Shown: piece by piece, positions 11,690 through 23,479 of the stretch
Position numbering within the stretch: the stretch's first letter is position 1
How the letters are laid out: every line of letters begins with the position of its first letter
Assembly (NCBI GenBank): GCA_013265495.1
Contig: MU059537.1
Location: forward strand, 186,001-250,000
DNA from: Vicugna vicugna
Lineage: Eukaryota
Reading direction: 5' to 3'
DNA: 64,000 nt
Translations under genes and position numbers: made by a program
The notes under the pieces: generated by a model
Told to the model about the DNA's origin: nothing
What the model saw: only the letters and a program-made list of their open reading frames with translations
The model's database searches: none

Positions 11690-11845
11690 GTTAACATTTA
11701 TTGACGTTAAATAAATGGTGGCTCACACGCTTCGCCGTGTATTAACTCACTGAATCCTCACAGTGAGAAGCTAGCATTTATCCACTTCACAGATGAAGAG
11801 ATTGGGATCTGGAGAGGGGCAGTCACTTGCTCACGGTCCGACGGC
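11690..11845 (-). mobile_element. MIR SINE
   Basis: aacatttattgacg...gtattaactcactgaatcctcacag...ttatccacttcacagatgaagag...agtcacttgctcacggtc resembles reverse MIR, including its 3' end. Confidence 0.7.
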
Positions 11846-14800
11846 TGTTAGCTGAACTCTGTGAGAATGAGCACGGAATGCCTGCTTTTAATCAAAACTT
11901 CTGATAAAACACAGCCGGCTGTCTTGCCTCCCAGGCCTGCTCCCCGGAGGTGCTGCCACCAGCACCTGACCATCGCTGGGAACAGCTGCATGCATCTTTG
12001 TCCCGTTCGCACTCCCCCTGAAGTGTGGATTGACCTTGCCCTGACTTTGCTGACCGAGCACCTGCGGGAGGCCGCGCGGCACGGGCCCCGTGAGGCTCCC
12101 ACACGTCTCCAAGGGCGGCGGTGGAATGCGCTACGTGGGAGGTTTAAAGCTTGCTTCTTCCCGCCATCTCTGAACTGCTTTCTGGAAAAGTCGTAACTGA
12201 AGTAATTGAAGTGTCAGAAAGAAAAAAAGGATAAGATCCCGTCAGTAGCTCTCCGATCACTGACCCACCGTCCCGGGCTCCAGGTGGTGCTTCAGCAACT
12301 CGCCAGTCCCTGAATATTGCTCTGGACAGAGGGAAAGGGGAGGAGGGAGGGAATCACAGAATCACAAACGTCACAGCTGCGAGGCCTCGGTTATCCGTGC
12401 TAAGCCTCTGATTTTATTCATGCAGTGGGCTCCCATCCCCGGAGGTGTTCAAGCCGTCCATGCAGGGCCTCCCGAACTAGGTACTGTGAGAGGATCAGTG
12501 TATTCTGTGGCTGGTGAACCAGGAGAATCCAAGATTCCTTCCAACCCTGAGCTTCTAGGATGCTCAGAACTTAGGTCTGGTCCAGAGATGCAAGGCGACT
12601 TCCCCATGGCCACACAGCAAAGTCGAATGAGTCCAAGCATTGGAATGTCCAGTCCTGGGTCCTTCTGGACTGCGTTCAGGGAGAGAAGCTTGGAAAGATT
12701 GTGGTGGGTGGGGCGCGGGGTTAGGTGTGGTGGAGATGGGGAGAGACTGGAGACAAATCTTGATTGCTAGGTTAAGGGGGGGGTGTGTGTGCGTGTCTGT
12801 TAAAGAGCTTTGCAAAGTTAGTTCTGCAATTCTCGGGGATGAATAATGCATTGAAGGAACATTAAGTGGCGTCAAATCCAGCAATGATCTCTGGCTGGGA
12901 GCCCAGACTCCATCAACAGCTGGACTTGGCCTGTGGGCTGGGCAGCCGGCGGGGGAGTCCAGGCCTGGACAGAGTGCATCCGGCCTGAGGCTCGCCCTGC
13001 GAGCAGCGCTGCAGGTTGGTGGAGGAGGCAGCCCCCAGTAGGCTGTAATATTAGCTGGTCCTGCAGCCCCTACTGAATTCCCCAGATTTTCTGACAGCGC
13101 TCGGTTAGTGAGGTTTTGTGGAGTGGACAGCGGGGCAAGGGCTGCCCTTTGCAGCTTTGTCTGGGGGCTCTTCCAGCTTCGGGGCTCAAGGTCCGGCGAG
13201 GATTTGGTTACCGTGCAGTTTTGTGCTGGGCAGGCTTGGGCCGGGCCTGAGACTCGGCATTTCCAGCCCCCCAGGTGGTGCCGCCCTGCTGGCCCCCAGG
13301 CCCTGCGCTGTGTAGCTGCCTAGCCAGCTGGCTGAGGGACCCAGCAAGAGGTATGTGTTTCCCGACCCGCTGCCATTTTAGAGGAGCGCGTGGGTGGCTT
13401 CTCAAGCTGTTGGAGCTCAGGTTTTAGGAGGCTGGGATCCACAACGTGGAGGTTCCAAGTCTGAGGTTGGATTTGCCTTGGGACGGGGGTCGGGGGGCGC
13501 ATGGGAAGGTCAGCGGTCTGGAGCTGTAGACTGCGGTCCTGCCTCTCCCTTACTGTGTGTCTGGGGCAGGTGCGCTCGCCTCCCTGGCCTACCCCTTTCT
13601 CACCGGCCGGCGTGTGTACCACCACCTAGTGTCACCTGGGACCACAGCGTGGTGGTGCCCGAGCACAGTCAGAGTGAGGGTAATAAAATGACGAAGAGAA
13701 AGCCCCTGGGAGCTTGAGAGTGAGGTGGGACACGAGAAAGCACCCTGGGGGCTGCGTCAGGGGGGCGTGGAGGGAGGGTCTAGCTGGATCTGGGCTGCGG
13801 AGCCTGGTGCCGGGCTGGGGGTCTGGCTGGGGTCTGGGTGGGGCGGCTGCTCTGGAGCTGGGAGGCCCCCCTCCCCACCGCGCGCTCCCCGCACAGGAGG
13901 GGCCACTCCCTGCGCGCTGGGCTTGGGAAAAGGCCCCACCTCCCAGTTCACGCCTGGTTTCCCAGCTGCTCTCCAGGGAAACCCTGCTGGGGGGGCCACA
14001 CCCATCCCCACTGTCATCGCAGATATGCAAATGACCCCGCTCTGTTCCTCCAACGCTTCTCTTCTACCTGGAGTGCTGGTTCTGACTACAAATGGAGAGA
14101 CGGTTTTGTTTTCCGTCTCCAGAAATAGATGGAAACTGCGAGACTAAACCCAGGGAGAGGGGCCCTGGTATCTCATTCCGGCCTGGGGCTGCGCCCCTGA
14201 AGCCGGGTGGCTGGAGTGCCCCCAGAAACAACCAGGCGAAGGGGGGAACGAGGAGGGGAACCCCCTTCACAGGACAGGACTCAGTGTTATTTAGGGTCGC
14301 CTTGTGGTCACCCCCTCCCACTGGGAGACCCCTTCCTCGCTGGCCAGGTTCAGATGGGCTCCTGGTCCGCACAAGCTCCAGAGAAGACCCGGGCTCGGCA
14401 GCCCCCTCCCTGCTGCCCCGCGCGGGCTTCCTGCTCTGCTGCCGTAGTCCTTGGCCTGGTGCTGTCTCTCCTTTGAGTGGCTGGATTTCCCTTAAAACTT
14501 AGCTCAAGCCACTTCCCACAGGGACTGAGAAACCCCAAAGGACTGCAGAGATGTCACACTCATCCCCCAGATTCCGATGTCCACAGGCCTCCTGCTCCGG
14601 GGGCTGCCCCTCCCCCATCGCCTGCAGATTTGCTGATTTAGTTTCTGTGGTCTGTCCCCACGGTCCGGCAGACCGTGAGCTCCAGGAGGACAGGGCTGTG
14701 TTCTGCTGGCTGCAGGGGGTGTGCCGGGAAGAGGACCACTCCACGGAGTGAGTGAAGGGGTCAGTGGACTCCCACCCGGTGGACAGGAGCCCCCAGGCCC

Positions 14801-16139
14801 GTGCGTGGGAGGTGGGGGGCGTGGACCTCCAGGACCCAGGATTCTTGGTGCAGACGTGATGAGGGTGTCGACTGAAACGAAACGCACAGCCTGAAAGTTG
14901 AGACTTATGTTTCTGAGGACTCCAGCCCCGGGTGGCAGCCTCTCACGTCTCAAGTGAAGCAGTTAGCGCTTTTCACTGTGTGGGAGGTGCGAACGTCAGG
15001 GCTCGGCTTGTTGAAATCATTCCTTTGATCTGCACCCCAGCTCTCCAGGGCCAGTGTCCTGCTCTGTCCCACCCTGAGTCCCGTCAGGGGGCACCGCTGG
15101 GGGCCGCAGAGGCGGGGCTGCCGGCTTGTCTCCAACCTGAGTCCCCTCCGCTCACTGTCGGCGTTGGTGGCAGCAGCTGATGGCTCGATGCCCACAGCAT
15201 CCTTCATGTACTGATGTGGCTTGTGGTATTTCTCGTTTGCAAGGCTGCAGGGCAGCTGTCTCTCAGTTGACTGACCCTCATTTCCCTGAACCTGCAGAGC
15301 CACCTCCCACTTGCCCACCTCTCCAAATCCAGCCCCCCAACCCGGTGCCCACCCTGCCATCCTCCTGGCCGGCTCCACAGTGTCTGAAGGGCAGGACACT
15401 AAGCCAGGCGGTCAGAACGGAGGCGCTGCTGCCTCGTGTCAACTCCTGTCCCGGCCAGGCCAGCCCAGGGCCCCTTCTCATATGCAGGCCCCGAAGGCGG
15501 GACACCATGTCCCCTGTTAAACAAGGGGCCCGTCCCCAAGGTCCAGATGTGAGGCTGGCCCAGGTAGCGGAGCAGGTGAGGTGGGGACGGGAAGGCCTCA
15601 TCACACCGGGGGCCCAGTCCTGGCCTGGAAACGGCTGCTAAGCTATAGCCACCAGCACGAGGGCCATGATCATGCCAGCCACGAGCGTGCCGTCGTGTGA
15701 CAGTGCCACCAGGACCAGGACGGGGCCTCGAGGCAAGGACCGTGGTGCCCCGCCGCCGTGCGAGCTTGCCTGCTCTGCTTCCCCGCTGCAGGGCTGTCCT
15801 CTCCACCCCCGTTGTCCGGGCCCAGGCCCACGGGGCCTTGGCTGGCGCCTCCTGGGCTTGCAGGGAGCTCCTGCTGCTTCTCAGTCTCTTCCCACTTTCC
15901 AGGTGAGGGGACTGGGCCTTCGGGCGGAGCAGAATCGGCTGGAGCTCTGTCCCAGCCTGCAGTGAGGCGGGGCGGGGCCCGGCCTAGACGGCCCCAGGCT
16001 GAGGCAGGCAGGAAGGTCCTTCCTGGTTGGGGTGGGGGCGCTGAGAGCACGGGGGACTGCGGAGAGAGCGGCGGGTGGGGGGACGCCAGAGGACAGGGCA
16101 TGGCCTGCCAGCTGCGGCCCTCTGAGCTCGGGGTCAGAC

Positions 16140-16181
16140 CTGGCTCCCTGCAGGAAGACGCTGGCTCCCTGCAGGAAGACG
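16140..16181. repeat. Perfect 21-bp tandem duplication
   Basis: ctggctccctgcaggaagacg x2 (16140-16160, 16161-16181), followed by a partial caggaag. Confidence 0.95.
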
Positions 16182-16504
16182 CAGGAAGGCAGGGACAGGC
16201 TCCGCCTCCCTGGGTTCATGGGGTAGTCTGATTTCAGGCCTGCCTCCCAGATCAAGCAGATGGGGGGGCTCCCCGTGGGAGGAGCTGAGCCTGAAACGTG
16301 GACAGTGTGGATAAAAGCACAGGGGACGGGGGTGCAGAGACAGTGGTGGAGGCGGAGCGGGCCTCCGTGGGAGCAGGCAGCCCTGTGACCAGAGTCTTCT
16401 GTTTAGATCTGGAGGGCTGGCTCTCCACTTCCTCCTATAGAGCGCAGCAGGCCAGGGCTTGGCCTGCTCCTAATTTTGGGTCCCGGATCTGTGTGCTGTG
16501 CAGA

Positions 16505-16605
16505 GCCAGGTGGATCTGAGTTTGAATCGTCTTGGCCATGTACCGTGTGGCCTGAGCTGTGTGGTTGATTCAGAGCCTCATCTTCCCAATTTTAAAGCGA
16601 GGCAG
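16505..16605 (+). mobile_element. MIR fragment
   Basis: gatctgagtttgaatc...tgtggcctgagc...agagcctcatcttcccaattttaaagcgagg. Confidence 0.45.
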
Positions 16606-16614
16606 TGTTTTGGT

Positions 16615-16970
16615 TGCCTCCTGCTGTGTGACAACTCAGCCCGCTGCGCAGGGGCTTAGCCGGCGGGCAAATTACTCTCTTGCTGTGTCTGAGTCAGGAG
16701 CCTGGACGCCAGGACCTCTCACAAGGTTACTGTCGAGCTGTTGGCCAGGGCCACGGTCTCATCTGAGGGCTGGACTGTGGAAGATAGGCATCCAAGCTCC
16801 CTTGAGTGGTGCTGCGAGCTCAGTCCCTCATCCTGGAACCTCTGCACAGGGCTGCTTCCAACAGGGCAGCCAGCAGCCCCCACAGAGCAAGAGAGAGAAA
16901 CTGCAGTCATTTTTGTAAAAGAATCTCCGAAGTGACACCTCATTACCTCTGCCCGCGCTGTTCCTCGGGC
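16615..16970 (-). mobile_element. MLT1 LTR remnant (MLT1F/G/H-like)
   Basis: ggtctcatctgagggctggactgtggaagataggcatccaagctc and gaagtgacacctcattacctctgcc are characteristic of reverse older MLT1 LTRs. Confidence 0.6.
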
Positions 16971-19394
16971 GTGTTGTGACTCAGGCAGTCCTGCCACGGC
17001 GAGGGGAGGGGATGGCTCGGGGGCGTGAGTGCCAGGAGCCGGCCACCGTCGCGGGGGAGCCTTCCTCTCGGGGCAGCCATGGTGACTAAGAGGATTTATG
17101 CACCTGTGTGCTGCTCGCAGTGCCTGGCACCCGGCAGGAGCGAAAAGGCCATTTCCAAGCACGCTCCTCTGCTCGGCACATCACAGCCCGACTCAGCAGC
17201 GAGGCCTCCGGCACCCCGGCTCTCTCTGGTGCTGAGGGAGACCAAGATGAATGAGATGAGGGTCCTGTACCTAAGATCTGGCGTGACCAGGGCTTGGATG
17301 GGCGGGGAGGCGGGGAGGAGAGCGTAACCTGGCATCGCCGGGGGCTCTGGCTTTGGTGCCTGTCTGCCCCCAGGGGGACCGTCTCTGTCAGAGCCCCTCC
17401 AGCGAGTCCAGACTCAATCGGGTGATTAACCCGGTGCTCGGAGCTCCCAGCCACAAACGGAGCTCAGGCGAGAGGGTGTGTCCCGCCCTTAAATAAGCCT
17501 TGCGTAAGGAGGACATGGGAACTGCTGACTCTCCGCACACAGACTTCTTTTAAAATAGAGGCTTGTCTTTCTGTAGCCAAATGCTTGTCTCTCCTGGCTC
17601 TGCTGTCTTACAGGCGCTGATGTAGGTCAGATATTGGTTGGTGAGAATTAATTAATCTATAATTGTATTGAAGGAAGGGGGGGAGACGAGTAAGCACTCA
17701 CTGTGCTCAGCACGGCCTGGGAGCCAGCAATCCAGGAGAAGCTTTGGGGAGGACCCTCAGCACGAGGGCCACTCTGCCTGAGACCAGCCTCCTCCCCCAG
17801 CCTGGTCCTGACCCCCCAGCCCACCGTGGGCCCGTGCAGAGAGCACTGGATCTGGGGCCCGCTCTGCGCTTCCTTCAGGCCCCCCGAGTTGCTTCGGCCA
17901 GAATGGGTGCCAGGCCTTGCAGCCTCCCTGGTCTGGCAGGGTGCTCGCCCCCCGGCTGGCTCAGGGTCAGCTGTGACCAGAGGCCTGGGCTCCCGCATCA
18001 GCCCCGAGTCCCCTCCACCTTGTGCACCCCCCTGCCCTGCCCCTCCTCCCTCTCTCCCCTGAGCCCACCATGGCTCCCCAGGGTCCATGTCCAGACGTTG
18101 CCATCTGCACTGGGCATAGCATGTCCAGGCCCGGGCTCCAGAACTCTCCTCCAGCTGGCTCCTCCCGTGGACTTTGTGTCTGCTCTTAGCAGCTCCATTC
18201 TTCCTGAGGCTCGGAGCCTGGGGACCAATGGCTCCCCAACACCTAGCCTGTTGGTTATATCTTCCAAGGAGACCAGAGTCCAGCCCTGCCCACGTGTCCA
18301 GGGCTCCTGGTTCTCCTTCAGGCCAGTCTCGACAGCAGCCGCCAGGGGTCCCACCTGCACCTGGGTCAGATCACGTCCCTCTGTCCACGGGTGCCCCAGA
18401 GTCCTGGCGGTGACTAGGGGGAGGCTCGCCCCCCACGTTCTCGCACACGCTGGGCTGTGCGGTGTGTGCACAGGTGGGTCGGGGGGCTTCTGCAACGCAG
18501 ACACTACCCCTTTCCTGTGAAGCCACCAGCTCGTCACACTTGGCACTGAAGACCTCCCTCCCGGCTCCTTGCCTGAGGGTCACTCTCCCAGAAACTGGGT
18601 CTTCTGGCAGAGCCCTGAGGGTGCGCCCTAGGGGCCACGGGCTTTGGAGAAGACACTGAATGTCCTGTTACTGTTCAAAGTGCAGGAGACTCAGGGCTGC
18701 ACCTGGAGGCCGAGGATGAGCGCAGGGAAGTCCACATGCTACCCATGCCAGGACGCAGGTCAGCGCCTAGAGCCAGGACCCCGGACCTGGCATCTGAGCT
18801 CTGCTTCCTCCGAGCCTTATGCAAGGCCGTGCCAGCATCTGAGAGGGGCCCTGGGCTGGAATGTGCAGCCATCCTGGGTGATTTTCCAGCACTGCCTGGG
18901 CTCGGGGTCACAGGTCTGTGGTCCGGCAGCTGTGCTGTGAATGACCCCAGGCCCACACCTTGAGTGAAGCGTGGACACCTGGAGGAACCTCCCCCGACCT
19001 GCCTCCTCAAAGTCCAGGCCAAGAGCAGGAGGGCCATGCAGAGAGCCTCCCCGGCTGCCCGAGGCCCGTGACTGCCTGTGGGAGGCCTGGCCGGGTCCCA
19101 GGTCGCTGACCCCGGCAGAGGCTCCCGCCTCTGTGGATACACAATCACCCATATCCTCTTACAAGAGAGTCCCTGTGTTGGTTGGTCCTGGGAGGCCCAG
19201 CTGACATGCTCGGCTGAGCGCTGCTGGCTGAGGGACCCCTCACTGGGGCTCTCCTCCGGGACACAAAGCATCGCCCTTAGACACAGAGGCTTATGGGAGT
19301 GTTTCCCAAAGGACCCCGCCCCATGCAGCAGCCCTCCCTCTGCCACGAGCTCTACCCCGGCTTCTCCGTCTCACGACTCAGCACCTGGAGACAG

Positions 19395-19470
19395 CAGATC
19401 TCCTTTACCAAGAGGGGAAACTGAGGCTTGGGGTTTGGGGAACTGGGCCAAGGCCACACGGCTGGGGTGG
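19395..19470 (-). mobile_element. MIR fragment
   Basis: ccaagaggggaaactgaggcttgggg...ggccaaggccacacggct. Confidence 0.55.
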
Positions 19471-20261
19471 GTCCGTCCGGTGCTGGGCCCCGCAGTCCAG
19501 CCTCCACCCCTGCCCCGCGGCAAAGTGCTAACCACCTCTGGGGCACCGAGCCCGTGGCCTCGGGACTGTCTCAGGTGACCCTGGTGAGCTGAGGCCCGAG
19601 CCTTTCTGGTGTCTCGGTGCTTTGGGAAAGGCTATAGGACTGATTGACTGGATTTCCAGTATTTGAGTCAGACATTAGCTTCTCTGTTGGAACAGCGGTT
19701 CCTGCAAGAGAATGTGCTTTTATTCAGAACAGATGGAGCAGAAAATTTCCCAGCTGTGTGTCCTCGGTGGGGTGCCGCCCCCTCTGAGCATCAGTTTCCC
19801 TCTCTGTGAAGTGGGGTCACGGCTCCCTCCTCCGAGGCGGTCCTGGTGTCCAGTCTCAAGCACAGCCAGCGCAGAGTGGCCCCCCTACCACGTGTGTCTC
19901 TGTCCTTGCAGCCGCGGTGGCCCAGGGGCCCGTCCAGCCTGCTGGGACAGGAGGCCCTGTGGCTCAGAGTCTGCTGTGTCCCTGGTGCTTTGTCCTTGTT
20001 CCCTGTGTGCAAATGTCAAGGGAGAATTTAAATGAGGGAAAATGTCTCAAAAGTTGAGTTCCTGGCAGGACTGCAGGGCACTCTAACAAGGGCTCAGGGA
20101 AGGCCTGCCCTGCACTTAGAGACAACAGCCGGCGGAGCTGGGCCGTGCGGTGGGGACGGCTGCTCCGTAGGTGGCCCTGCAGCCTTCCTGGCTGTCGGCG
20201 ACCAGAGCCTGTGGTCTGAGCTCTGAGCTGCTCATGCTCTCCTGGCCTTGGGCCTCCAATC

Positions 20262-20350
20262 TTTCTTTCTTTCTTTTTTTTTTTTTCAAGTGGTGATACC
20301 GGGGATTGAGCCCAGGACCTGGTGCGTGCTAAGCACGTGCTTTACCATCT
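20262..20350 (-). mobile_element. tRNA-Ala-derived short SINE (camelid Vic-1-like), 5'-degenerate
   Basis: The minus strand reads cagatggtaaagcacgtgcttagcacgcaccaggtcctgggctcaatccccggtatcacca followed by an A-rich tail with (GAAA)3. Confidence 0.8.
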
Positions 20351-20574
20351 GCTCTCAATCCTCACCTGCAGGGGCTCCAATCTGATCCAGGAAAACATTC
20401 CGTAGTGAGCACCCGGCCGTCATTGAGAGACTCGTGTTGGTTTGGGGTCAGAGGGATCGGGCCCTTTAACTACAGGGCCCTGACCCTCCCCCAGCCCCCG
20501 GGGCCTCCCCCACCACTGGCACTGGGACCAGATGGAGGAAACCCCTGGTCCTGGGGTTGGGGTTCAGAAATGGG

Positions 20575-20730
20575 TGCAGACATTTGTTTGTCATCTACTG
20601 GCTGGCCCTGTGCTTGGCGCCCGTGGCTACAGTAATCCTCACAGTCCTATGGGGCGTCCCCGACAGTCACCCCATCTTACAGCTGAGGGAAGAGAGGCCC
20701 CAAGAGGCTTATGGGACTGATCCAGGGTTT
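20575..20730 (-). mobile_element. MIR fragment
   Basis: taatcctcacagtcctatgggg...ccccatcttacagctgagggaagagaggccccaagagg. Confidence 0.55.
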
Positions 20731-23134
20731 TGGGAGACGTTGGGCTGGCTGGCTGATCACTGGCTGAGCACCTACTGTGTACAAGGCCCTTCTGTCCTGA
20801 TGCCTCATCTAACCTGGGCTCTGTCCTGGGGCCTCAGGCCTGGCAGGTGAAGCGCTTGCTTGGGCGTGTCTCCAGGCACACACAGGGGCTCTGTGGGTTT
20901 TGTGGGAGCAGGGGTAGCTGGATGCTGGTCCCGCTCACCAGTGGGGGAGCAGTAGCCATAACAGCCTGTTGTTGGGAGATGCTCAGGGCACTAGCGCGGC
21001 AGGGAGGAGGTGCCTGGAGGAGGTGACCTCTGAGCAGGATTCTGAGAAAGGGACAGTGGTGAGATGGGTGGAATGTGTACAATTATGGGGAGCTGGGATT
21101 TGAGCCCGGCAGCCTGATTGCAAAGTCCCCGGGGCCAGAAGCCCCACGTTACAAAGGAGGAAAGAGAAGTTCTGAGAGGGGCAGGGATCTGCCCAGGTCG
21201 GGGCTGGATCAGACCCCACCGCTGCACCAGGCTCCCGGTTTAAGGCTCTCCCTGAGAAAATTAAATCAGACCAGAAACAGCTCAGCATTAAAAAACAAAA
21301 GCGCAACTCCCCCGCTGTCCTAAGCCCAGTTAGGGAGTGTGGAGAGCGGGGCGCCCTCCCCCGCAAGGATACCGAGCTCCGTGAATGCAATTAATCACTT
21401 TCCAATTAGTATTCAGGCGCTTTGTGGGGCTGTGAAGCAGGCTAGCTCCAGAACGCAGCCTTTGGATGCGGTTATAAATGTCGCGAGCGGAAATAGAACA
21501 GCGGGAGCCAGGCTGGCAGCCCCACCGGAGGGGATGAACGTGCAGCAGGAGGAGGAGCCGGGGGCAGCGAGGGGGCTGGTGTTGCCTGCACGCACAGGGC
21601 GGAAGGGCCGGGTACGCAGTCGCAGCTCCACTAATGCTCCTAGGGGGAGTGTTCCCAGTGGGACACGGTTCTTAGGGCAGGTTTAGGATCTCCGAAATGC
21701 TGTTGGGAGTCGGAGGGGGTGGGTTGCCTGGCCCACTCCTGCCGGGTGCTGTGTGTGCCCGGCGTCGCGGAATCAGCCCAAGGAGGTGAGTCCTGTGACC
21801 CCATTTTACAGATGACAGCGGTCAGAGCCAGGGCCGCTTCAGGGAGGGCCAGTTTGGCACTCGGTGAGAAAGGGCACGAGTCAGTGCAGGCAGTGGGCTG
21901 AGCAGGCCGAGCGTAGCCTGGAGTCCAGTGGCGGCCTGTCCCAGCTGGCTGTGTGACCTTGGCCTCTCTGGGCCTGTTTGTAAAACGGGGATGAGGCCTC
22001 CCTGAATGATGAGGAGCAACGTGGGAGGCATCCTCTGGTAACTTGGTCAAGTTTCCGTCTATTTCAGGAGCGTGCGGAGGCCTGTGGGTGCCCGTCTCTG
22101 AGTCGTTTGTGCCTTTGTATTCTGAGGACGGCATCTGACCTTTTGGTCTAGTAACTCACTGGATTCGTCGCGTTTCAGAATCGTTGACAAGCTCTGTGCG
22201 GCCCTCCCCCGGCAGGGACGCCAGGGCCAGGTGCGCCTCCGCCTTCCTGTGTCAGCGCAGCTCAGACTGACTTTCCCCGTGGTTCATTTCCTCATTCCCA
22301 GGAATTAGTTTGTAAACAGCAGAGGAACCTCAAGGTCTTTGTCTTCTTAAGAGAACTCATTATTCCCCATAGAAATTCTGATCAGGGAGCTGGGCAGTGT
22401 CCCTGCAGAACTCTCATCCATCAGCACGCACACGTCTCAATTATTAATTCTTTTATAAATAACTTGATCTTCATCATGGCTGCATATTCTTTATGATAAC
22501 TGTTATATTATTTAGATGTCAATGGCTCTGTGTTAATTGCAGCTGCTGGCGGGGCTGTCAGCTGCAGAGAACGCTGGACTCTTCTGTCTGGGTTCAAGGT
22601 GAGAGCGGCCTTGGAAGTCCTTCCTCCCCCCGCCCTCCCCGTGCTCTCTGCCCCGCCAGCCACTGCTGGGTGGACCAGCCATGGCCAGGCAGCCGGCTCC
22701 AGGAAGTGAAGTAGAATGTTGAACGAGGCTGGGCCTTTCTGCAAGGGCCGTGGGGCTGGGCGGGGGCTGGATGCCTCTGCAAGATCTTTCCACCCAGGTT
22801 TGTGGAAATCAGGTGTCCTCTTGCTACAAGGACATGGCCTGCAGGTAGGGGTGTCCCCATCACGGACCTGCTGTAGTCATGGCAGGCCCTAATTGGCCCT
22901 GGCTGCATCCCCTTGTCCCCATGCAAAGCAGAGGAGTCCAAAAGCTGCACTGTCCTGAGTGCCAGCCACCAGCCACGCGTGCCTCCTTAAATTGAAATTA
23001 ATTCATTTGAGATTAAATAAAGGGGCTGGATGACAAGGAGGGCTGTATCCTGGCTCCATCCTCCCGTCATGAGCCTGCTCTTACCTCTCGTCTCTCCCCG
23101 GTCATTTCCTAAAGGAAGCCACAGCCCCGTGGGT

Positions 23135-23475
23135 TGATCAGCCCCGTGACAAACACCACACACTGGGCGGCTTAAACAGAGCTGTCTCCTGGTTCTGGAG
23201 TCGGGAAGTCCGAGATCCAGGTGTCGGCAGCTCTCTTCTTGGTGTGTCGACGGCTGTCTTCTCCCTGTATCCTCACGTGGTCATCCCTCTACGCATGTCT
23301 GGGTCCTGATCTCCCTTCTTATAAGGACTTCGGTCAGATTAGGCTCGGTCCACCCATGTGAGTTTGTTTCACCCTAATCACCTCTTTGGAGACCCATCTC
23401 TAAACACGGTCACATTCTGGGGACCTGCGCTTAGGGCTTCAACACAGGAATTTCACTGAGCGTTCAGCCCACGGC
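23135..23475 (-). mobile_element. MLT1A/B LTR remnant
   Basis: ctgggcggcttaaacag...ttctggagtcgggaagtccgagatccaggtgtcggcag...cttcttataaggac...taatcacctc...ggtcacattctgggg...ttagggcttcaacacaggaattt is collinear with the reverse MLT1A consensus. Confidence 0.8.
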
Positions 23476-23479
23476 AGTC

